From: the human T2T-CHM13v2.0 reference genome, Homo sapiens
Length of the DNA stretch: 64,000 bases
NCBI RefSeq assembly: GCF_009914755.1
Contig: NC_060938.1
Strand: one strand, 5' to 3'
Both the position numbers and the translations under genes were made by a program. Of the stretch, positions 53,415 to 64,000 are shown piece after piece (positions within the stretch are counted from its first letter, which is position 1; every line of letters starts with the position of its first letter). The notes under the pieces are model-generated. The model was given only the letters and a program-made list of their open reading frames with translations. It did no database searches and had not been told where the DNA came from.

Positions 53415-54864
53415 TATAAAAGTTATTTTGAAAACATCTTTATATTTACTCTAATAATTTGTCATAGTGCATTTGTTTCTAAAAACTTAAGGTAGAATTT
53501 TTTTTGCTATGGAAAAAAGAAAGTATTGTTTTTAAAACAAAAGCTATTCTGTGTTTTAAAAACTAAATCAAGATATCCCGAAGATCTTACAGTGGCACAG
53601 TGTTTTCCCACAGTGTCAAATTTAATTGTATTTCATTTTCTCTATATATTGTATAATGTATAAAAGCTAATCAGGACTTACTCTTCATGTAAGTTCTTAC
53701 ATAACTAAGTTCAAACCTATTGGTTCTCTTTCTTTATGTAATTTTAAAATTTTATTTCCTTCTAAGTGTTTGGTCAAGTACCTTTTTAAATAATCAACTT
53801 TCATTTTGTTTAAAATTTCTTTTACTGGCTTTAAGGAAGTATTTCTTAAAATATGTCTCATACGTTACCTTTAGCTTCTTTTATCCCCCCATCTGAAGGA
53901 ATTTGTAAGATAATGAAGTCAGGAGAAGAGCAAATAAATTAGAAATCTTGATCATATAACATCAATTATATTTTTAGAAGGTGTTAACATTTTTGTTTTC
54001 TAAAATTTTGATCTTATTGCTTATTTATTCAAATTGCACTTTGAAGCCTATTCTTGATTAATTAGTTTTCTTTCCCCTCAAGAGTTACTGATTCTTATTT
54101 TAGGACTTCTGTTTAATGATGGATCACATCTGTTTAAATGTTAGACATCTGTGGGCTGTTTACTTATTTTTTTGTTTTGAGGGACCATTTAAAGCAATAA
54201 AATCTTGCAGTCATTTAGCTCCACATGCTGAAAAAGTAGAACATATAGATAACCATGCTCTTTAAGCTCCTTTGGTCTAGTTTCAGAATTCACCCTCTCA
54301 AAAAATTATTAAATTGTACTGTTACCCTGATTCTGTAACAATGGAAACAGTAGGAGGAGGGAGGGATAGAAATGCTGTTACCATGTTTAATGTAGTTCAA
54401 GAGAACAATTCCTTACACTATAAATGTGGTAAAGCCTCAAGTTTTGAAATCCAAACATGACTGAACTGTGGAAACTGACTTATGTTGTAGGTTATTACAT
54501 TATAGCTTAAGTTTATTGTGTCTTTACTGATTCCTGGCAATATGTTTATTGCTTTCTTTGCATTATCTGATTTAAACACTTTCACAAGAACCTTGTGATA
54601 CAGATACTATTGTCATATGTTACTGAAGAGGAAACGCAAGTATGAAGAGGGTAGGTAACTTGTCCAAGATCTCATTCAGTGGAAGAGATTTGAATGTAGT
54701 CACTGACCCAGAGTCTATGTGCTTATCACAACTCTAGGAAAATGCTATTTTGCATTTTGAAGTTAACATGGAAAAGTGAAGATATGTGAATCTCATCTGA
54801 ATGTTAAAGGATATATTTTTCTTTCTGCTTGACAAACTGTTCCCTATTTTTTATTTTATTTTAG

Positions 54865-54922
54865 TGACACAGATTCTCATGTATCCAGTTCTACCTCAGT
54901 TCGATTTTATCCACATGATGTG
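54865..54922 (+). CDS. PCNX1: PCNX1 coding exon (probable exon 10), 58 nt, DTDSHVSSSTSVRFYPHDV
   Basis: T-rich tract + ttag| acceptor; GTG|gtaggt donor; phase 2 to 0. Confidence 0.9.
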
Positions 54923-55922
54923 GTAGGTTTTTCTTTATTTTTACAACATGATAAATTTTCAGATTAAATCTGAAATATGTATTTACATAGATAGCTATAA
55001 AAGCCATAAAAATTGATGAAGTTACACAAAAATTTTTTGAAAACTATGGCAAAATCACTTTGCTGCCCTCCAGTGGCTCTCTTTTTCTAAGTCCTTTGAT
55101 AAGAAACAAAAGTACAAGGTTAAGAAACCCTGGCATAGAGTATTTTAAAAAGTGTTTTGGAAAGTATTTGTCAATGCTTAGAGATAGAAATGGCTGTGTT
55201 ATATATAGGAAGTAAATTTTCTCAACTATACCCAGATATGTGTTTGAAAAGTAAAACCCTCCCTACTTTTTGGCTATAGTGTATTCCTGGAAACTGCATA
55301 GGAAAGCAAACATGGGAAGATGATTGTTTTATTGTTTTCTACTTTTAAATGGTATGGGAACCTTGAGATAGCAAAATGCTGCCTAGTACTATGCCAAATA
55401 CAGTCAACTTTTGATGCTTTCTGAGGAAAAGAAAACTGGTAAACTGATGGATGGATGAGTTGAAGTTAAATATAGTATAGTAATTTGTATAGCCTCAGGT
55501 GAGCAGCTTGCCAAAACAAACAAACAAACAAACAAACAGGGGTGAGGGATTTGGAAATATAGTAACAACAATGATAAGAGACTGTGGGAAGAAATGAGAG
55601 TTGCTGCCATCAGATCCAATGCAGTGGGGCTCAGATTTAACACTGATAATGAGGTTCAAAGCTTAAGGAGAAAAGACTATAAATGTGAGAAGAGAAGCCA
55701 CTAACGATTCACAGTAAGTGGTTTTAGTAGATTCGCTAGCTATACAGTTATAAAATCTTAAGGTTTTTTCTTAAGCATTCCCTGAGAAAAATCTTAAGAT
55801 TTTAGACACTTTTCTAGTCAATTATTTACAATAGGTTTATTGATTAATTAACTTTGTTTTAGTTCACTTCCTATTGTCACCTTCTATAGTTTCTGGTAAT
55901 CATAACATATTCATAAAGAGTA

Positions 55923-56211
55923 GGCTGGGCGCAGTGGCTCCTGCCTGTAATCCCAGCACTTTGAGAGGCCGAGGCGGGTGGATCACGAGGTCAAGAGTTC
56001 AAGACCAGCCTGGCCAAGATGGTAAAATCCCGTCTCTACAAAAAATAGAAAAAGAATTAGCCGGGCATGGTGGCAGGTGCCTGTAATCCCAGCTGCTTGG
56101 GAGGCTGAGGCAGAGAATTGCTTGAACCGGGGAGGCAGAGGTTGCAGTGAGCCGAGATTGCACCACTGTACTTCAGACAAGACTCTGTCTCAAAAAAAAA
56201 AAAAAAAAAAA
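55923..56211 (+). mobile_element. AluS 147 nt upstream of exon 11
   Basis: Alu consensus with A tail. Confidence 0.95.
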
Positions 56212-56357
56212 GTGTATGAGAGAAGAAAATTAAAGGGCTTAGATAACTGATAAGCTAATTGAGTAACTGTTGAATTATGAAGATATTTTATTTTGAATAA
56301 ACATATTAAATAAATATTGAAGATATTTTAAGCCTTTCAATGCTGACTTTCTTTTAG

Positions 56358-56576
<219 letters not shown>

Positions 56577-56984
56577 TGAGATTATAGTGTGATATTAATG
56601 ATACGTGTGGATTTTATTTTTAAGATGAAGTGTCTTTAATTACCCACTGAGGTTTTTACCTGGTTATCATGTTGGGAAATGTTTTCTGGTTTTGTCCTCT
56701 GGATATAAAACTTAAGGTAATGGGTTTCTAAACAGTGACTATCTTAAATCCATTAAAAATGTTTTGGTTGCAACTTCAATATCTTTTACAAAGAAATTAG
56801 TTTTGTTAATCAGTGAGACTCATACAACTGCTAGTCAAAAGCCAAAGAATATGAGTTTTGATGATCTTTAAGTTATAGGTAATATGATGCAAAGTTCTAT
56901 ATAACAGTTATAAGAGGAAACTTCTGTTTCCCTGGTTCTTAACACTACTCTCTTAATGGCAAACACAAACTTGGTGACCAACAG

Positions 56985-59900
56985 CTGTTTCCAGTCAACA
57001 TGGAGTAACAGGATTGGATTTATCATCTCATGTGAAACAACCAAAAATAGACAAAGTACGTGAAACAGTGGTTTTCAAGACATTGGAGATGAGGAAAAAA
57101 GGACAGTGATTCCTGAGAGATGACAACAAATAACATGAGCCCTCCAATTGCCCCAGCTTAATGCTTTGAGAGAGTTTCTAGGCTGCAAGACAGGGAGGGA
57201 GAACTGAAGTAGAGTCCAGCCAACTTCCTGAGTTAAGGAGATAGAACTGAGAGTCCAGGGAGGCTATGGCAGTTAGAGTCCACAGGACAGACTGTTAGAG
57301 AGGAGAGAGCTGCTTAGAGAGAGAACCTTAGAGATCTGCATTGAGTCACCTTGACTGTTTGGCAGAGTATGGATATGTTCCTGTATGTGAGGAAACTATT
57401 TGAGGCCAGGGAAAGAACCATGTGAAAAGGAACAGAGGAACAGTTCCTGGCAATCACACAGCACTGGGAATAGTACATGTCCCTACCAGCCAGATTGGAG
57501 ACATTTATGGTTCATATTTTATGGTGCCTTGTGTAGAATACTCAGGAAGATATTTAAAAGTGGGGAATAATTACCCCTAGCAGGAGCACTACTTCACACC
57601 CACCTAACAAGTAATAAAACCAAGACCTGAAGGGATCAAACTGTTTCCAAGTAACATAAAGTCTAAGAAGATTTATGGAAATCCAGAAATACCCAGCACC
57701 CAACAAGTTAAGATTCACAATGTCTAGCATTCAGTCAAAGATGACCAAGTGTGCAAAGAAGTGAGAAAACGACCTCTAACAAGAATAATCAGTTGAGACC
57801 AAACTGTAGCTTAAATAGATACTAGAATTAGCAGACAAGGACATTAAAACAGTTATAACTGCTTTCCCTATGTTTAAAAAGTTAACTACGGACATAGAAG
57901 ATACTTTTAAAAGTCCCAAATCAAACTTAGAGAGTTGAAAACTATAATCCCTGAGACGAAAAATATACTGGATGGGATTAATGGTAGATTGCACCTTGTA
58001 GAAGAAAAGATTATTGAACTCACTCGAAGGCATAATAATGGAAACTATCCAGAATGAAACAGAAGAGTCCACTGTCCCCAGTGAAAAGAATATAAAAACA
58101 AAATGAGAGAAAGCTGTGGGACAACTACAAGAGGAAACAAGGAGACAAAAGATTTTGAAGAAATAAGGAGACAAAAGATTTTGAAGAAATAAGAGTGGAG
58201 AACTTTCCAAATTTGATGAAAACTGTGAATATACATTCAGGAAGCCCAGTGAACCTCAAGCATAAAATGCTTGAATAAAACTACACCAAGGGACACAACT
58301 GCTCAAAACCAGTGATAAAATTGTTAAAATTGCAAAAGAAAAAAAGAGGAGCAAGGATAAGGAAGACATCCTTTTTATTGTTGGAAATAACGAAGTGAAA
58401 AGACAGTAGAGGAGCATCTTTAAAGTACTGAAAAGAAAAAAACCCTGTCAACCTACAATTCTATACATAGCAAAAATACCTTTTAAAAACCAAAGTGAAA
58501 TAAAGACATCTTCAGATCAGAAAAAAATGGGAAGAATTCTTATGAGCAGACCCACACTACAAAAAATGTTGGAGGATGTCTTTCAGGCAGAAGGAAAGTG
58601 ATCTCAGATGGAAATATAAGTCTACCCAAAGGAACAAAGATAAATGGAAATGGTAAGTCACTATATGGATAAATGTAAAATATTTTTTCTTATTAATTAA
58701 ATCTCTTTAAGAGGTAACTGTTTAAATGAAAATAACAGTGCTTCGTGTGGTTTATAACATGTAAAAGTAAAATTTATGATAATAGCATAAAGGCAGAGGG
58801 GACAAATAAAAGCATACTATTGTAAGTTTCTTATATGTAAAGTGATATATCATCACTTTGAAGGTAGACTGTCATAAATGTGTATTGTAAACCCTAGGCT
58901 GGACGCCGTGGTAATCCCAGCACTTTGGGAGGCAGAGGCAGGAGGATCACTTGAGCCTAGGAGTTTGAGGCCAGCCTTGGCAACCTAGTGAGACTCTGTC
59001 TCTACAAACATATTTTTAAAAATTCTTACCAAAACCTACTGTAAGGCAATCACTAAAATAACAAAAGAGTTGTAGCTAATATGTCAAAAAGGAGATAAGA
59101 TGGATTATAAAAATTACTGTTAATCAATAAGGTGGAAAAAGATCAAAGAATAGATGAGACAAATAGGAAACACATGACAAGATGATAGAGTCAGAAAAAG
59201 TCAGAAATTGGCAGATTAGATAAAAAAGAACAACACTCAACTCCAAGCTGCCTACAAGGAAGGTACTTTAAATATAAAAACAGAAGACAGTGTGGTGGCT
59301 CATGCCTGTGATCTCAGCACTTTGGGAGTCTGAGGTGGGAGGATCTCTTGAGGCCCAATTTTCGAAAGCAGCCTGGGCAACGTAGACCCAGTTTCTACCA
59401 AAATAAAATAAAAACAAATAGGTTAAAAGATGGAAAAAGATATACCATGCTAACATTAACAAAAGGCTTATAGTACTGGCTGTATTAAAGTCAGGTAAAG
59501 TAGACTTCAGAACAAAGAATATTACCAAGGATAAAGAAGCCCATTTCATAGTGATAAGGAGTCAATTAATCCACAGGATTTAACAGTCCTAAATGTTTGT
59601 ACACCTGAAACAGAGCTTCAGAATTCATAAAGCAAAAGCTAATAGAAGTGGAGAAATAGACAAATCACAGTTATAGGTGATTTCAGCACTTCTCTTTAAA
59701 TAATGGATAGGATAATTATTTAGAAAATCAGTGAGGATGTTGTGAACTTGAACAGTATTAGCAACCAACCTAAATTGGTTGCATTTATGGAACACTGCAT
59801 CCATAACAAGAGAATATACATTTTTCTAAGTGCTCACAGAACATTTACTAAGATAGTTCACATTTTGAGCCATAATACGAGAGTTATTAAATTTTAAAAG

Positions 59901-61050
59901 GTCCACTATCCAATCATACATAGTGAATTAAATGGTAAATTAATAACAAATAGAACCTTGGAAAATTCCCAAATATTTGGAAACTAAACACTTCTAAATA
60001 ACCCATGGATTAGAGAAGATGTCAAGAGAGAAATTAGTATTTTGGGCTAAATGAAAGTGAAAACACACCATATCTGAATTTTGGGAATGCCACTAACTTG
60101 CAGTACTTAGGAAAATTTATAGCACTAAACACCTAGATTAGAAAAGAAAGGTCTCAAATCAGTGACTTCACCTTCCACTTGCTAGAAGAACAAGAGCACA
60201 TAAGCCCAAGTAAACAAAAGAAAGGTAGTAGTAAGGAACAAAACAATTCAATGAGGAAACAGAGAAATAATAAAGAAAATCAAGGAAATGAAAAGTTTGA
60301 GAACATCAGTTGTATCAATTGATACAAATAGCTAAAGGCTAAACCTTTAGCCAGCCTGATCAGAAAAAAACAAAAGAAGAGGAAAGACGTAGATTACCAA
60401 CATCAAGAATGTGAGTTATGATATCACTACAGACTCTCCAGGTATTAAAAGCATAATTAGAGAATGATATGAGCAGCTATATGCAAATAAGTTCAACATT
60501 GGACAAATGGACAAATTTCTTGAAAGATAAATTATGAAATTTCATTCTGAAAGAACTACATGACCTTAATTGTCTTACATCTATTAAATAAGTGGAAATT
60601 GTAGTTTAGAAACTTTCCCACAAAGAAAACTCTAGGCCCAGATGGCATCAAAATAATATTCAGATGAATGAAATGGAGAAAGGATAGCCTTTTCAACAAA
60701 TGGTGGTGGAACAATTGGATTTCCATATGCAAAAAAATAGAGATGGACGCAGAGGTGTGTGCTTAGGAGGCTGAGGTGAGACGATTGTTTGAGGCCAGCC
60801 TGGGCAACATAGCAAGACCCCATTTCAAAAACAAAAATAAAGAACTTGTAGCCTTACCTTGTGCCATATTATGAAAATGTATCATAGGCTTAAATGTGAA
60901 ACGTAAAACAAAACTTCTAGAAAAAAAAGAAAACAGGAGAAAAGTTTTATGAACTTGGATTAGGCAAAATTACTTAGCTCTGATGCCAAAAACAAGATCA
61001 TTAAAACAAAATTTGATACATTGGACTCATCAAAATTGAAAATCCTTAAA
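56985..61050 (+). mobile_element. Old L1M (5'UTR, ORF1 and ORF2 remnants) with Alu monomer insertions at about 58897-59022, 59292-59415 and 60750-60840
   Basis: A-rich + strand; degenerate ORF1 (tgtcaacctacaattcta) and EN/RT motifs (atggaaaaagatataccatgc, ttttcaacaaatggtg). Confidence 0.8.
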
Positions 61051-62334
61051 AATCCAAAGACAAGACATGTTCAATGACAAGGGAGGCACTATTCAGGCAG
61101 GCCCAGGATTGAAAAGAGGTCATTGGATTTAGCAAATCTGAAATTGCATAACTACCACCTAAAATCAAATGGAAATGCCAGTAATTTATTGGTTTGGAAA
61201 TACTATTGAACTTTTTTATCTGGTAGAACTATTAAATGTATTAAGTACAAAGATGTTTATGAATTTTATTTTTAGGCCCAGTTGATTGTGATAAATATGG
61301 AATTGGGTTAATATATTTGTTAAGTTTATGATTATAAAAGTAATTCCTTACCTATTGTAGAAAATTTAAATATGTACAAAGTTTTGAAGACAGAGGCAAA
61401 CCATAATTCTTCCATGGAGAGAAGCATTATTAGTAATATCATTTTTGGTATATTGTCTTTTTTAACCTATATGTTTAATTTTTTAATAGCAGAACTTATA
61501 TCCTCCTATGCCCATGGTTTTGTGTCCTGCTTTCTGTATGTATGAGATGTACTGAGCATTTTTTCATTTTTAATAGTCTTTAAAAATATGATTTAGAAGT
61601 ATTTTAGGGAAATACTAAAGGATGTATTTGTATAAGATTTTGTGAATAAAATTTTCCCAAGAAGTAATGAGATAGATTCATGTGTGTGTATGAAATAAAA
61701 ATAATCTTCATTGATATATATATATGTATATCTTGAGCATCATATTGTTTCTCTTACAATGTCAATTTAATAAATATAGAATTGTCTTAGCAACTTTGAT
61801 AGAAGCAGAGGTGTTTGTCACTACCTTTAGTTTCAAGATATGTAAGAGCCCATATTTAAGTAATTCTAGTAAGTGAGTTTTCTAATTCTTTCAGATGACT
61901 GAGAGATGGGGGAAGCGAAATCAATTAGTGCCAGAATTTTGTTACTATTTTGCCATATAACAAATGTTTTAAATTTAATTTTCTAGAAACTATTTTGAGA
62001 TTTTGTTTTTTAAACATAATGTGATTCTTTGTATACATATTTTATTTGCCATCCAAGTTGGTTAACTATTTTGCAACAAATAGAATAGAAAAGCAAATAT
62101 TAAGGAGAGTAACATTTTTAAAATAGAAATTTAAAACTATATTATGTAATTGAAACTCCACAATTCACTGTAGCATGTTTTATTTGTATATAAGAATTCA
62201 TGTTATGTCCACATGAAACTAGTTTGTTTTCAGTATGATCTAAAACCTTGTTCAAACTCAGTACCAAAAAGACATCTTGGCATACCATGAACTTCATATT
62301 TATGTCTTCCCTTCCCTTTTTTCCATTTGGTTAA

Positions 62335-62598
<264 letters not shown>

Positions 62599-62762
62599 TA
62601 GCAATTACTGAATTATAGTAAGATAATTATTTTTAGGCTTACTTTTCTTGCATGTTTACATAAGATTGTGTAGAGAGCAAAAGGGGGATATAAACCTTAA
62701 AAATAATTGTATGTAAATTAGCACTTCCTAAAAACAAGTTTTTTGTATTAAAAGAAAACTGT

Positions 62763-63091
<329 letters not shown>

Positions 63092-63111
63092 TTAAAATAA
63101 GAACTTGCATT

Positions 63112-64000
63112 CTTTTTTTTTTTAATAGTAGTAGTTTTTTTTATTATTATACTTTAAGTTCTGGGATACATGTGCAGAATGTGCAGATTTATTACATAGG
63201 TATACACATGCCATGGTGGCATCCCACCCATCCCACCATGCATCCCACCATGCACCCATCAACCCGTCATCTACATTAGGTATTTCTCCTAATGCTATCC
63301 CTCCCCTACCCTCCGCCCCCTGACGGACCCCCTCCTTGTGTTCCCCTCCTTGTGTCCATGTGTTCTCATTGTTCAACTCCCACTTATGAGTCAGAACATG
63401 CAGTGTTTGGTTTTCTGTTCTTGTGTTAGTTTTCTGAGGATGATGGTTTCCACCTTCATCCATGTCCCCACAAAGGACATGAACTCATCCTTTTTTATGG
63501 CTGCATAGTATTCCATGTTGTATATGTGCCACATTTTCTTTATCCAGTCTATCATTGATGGGCATTTGGGTTGGTTCCAAGTCTTTGCTATTGTGAACAG
63601 TGCTGCAATAAACATACGTGTGCATGTGTCTTTATAGCAGAATGATTTATAATCCTTTGGGTATATACCCAGTAATGGGATTGCTAGGTCAAATGGTATT
63701 TCTGGTTCTGGATCCTTGAGGAATCGCCACACTGTCTTTCATAATGGTTGAACTAGTTTACAGTCCCACCAACAGTGTAAAAGCGTTCCTATTTCTCCAC
63801 ATCCTCTCCAGCATCTGTTGTTTCCTGACTTTAATGATTGCTGTTCTAACTGGCTTGAGATGGTATCTCATTGTGGTTTTGATTTGCATTTCTCTAATGA
63901 CCATTAATGATGAGCTTTTTTTCATGTTTGTCGGCCACATAAATGTCTTTTGAGAAGTGTCTGTTCATATCCTTCACCCACTTTTGGATGGGGTTGTTTG
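63112..64000 (-). mobile_element. L1PA (older, about PA5-PA8) 3' end, continuing past the window
   Basis: ORF2 C-terminal fragments 63391..63732 and 63758..63940; 3'UTR and poly-T. Confidence 0.95.

Overview
AT-rich primate (almost certainly human) genomic DNA lying entirely inside one + strand gene that I recognise from its peptides as PCNX1 (pecanex 1). Ten GT-AG coding exons splice into one open frame of 2788 nt ([12 protein letters not shown]...CQYSLLK). By my recollection of the gene structure these are exons 3-12, about codons 121-1050, including the 1707-nt exon for the Ser-rich disordered region and the first exon of the multi-TM block. Introns hold about 25 Alus, a 5'-inverted L1PA with TSDs, older L1M/L2/MIR/MLT fragments and hAT (MER) elements. 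Nearly all other ORFs in the track are Alu, L1 or chance ORFs. I see no new gene family or prokaryote-style system. The most interesting signals concern RNA processing and local structure: an exon beginning with a perfect 5' splice site (recursive-splicing candidate), a candidate 24-nt in-frame microexon, a candidate alternative to exon 4, an RBFOX cluster on the exon 7+8 cassette, a possible intronic-polyadenylation isoform after the giant exon, and two ~96-97% identical non-TE local duplications (one direct, one inverted), each next to a retroelement insertion site. Exon numbers and repeat subfamilies are from memory or eyeball alignment, and repeat boundaries are approximate.
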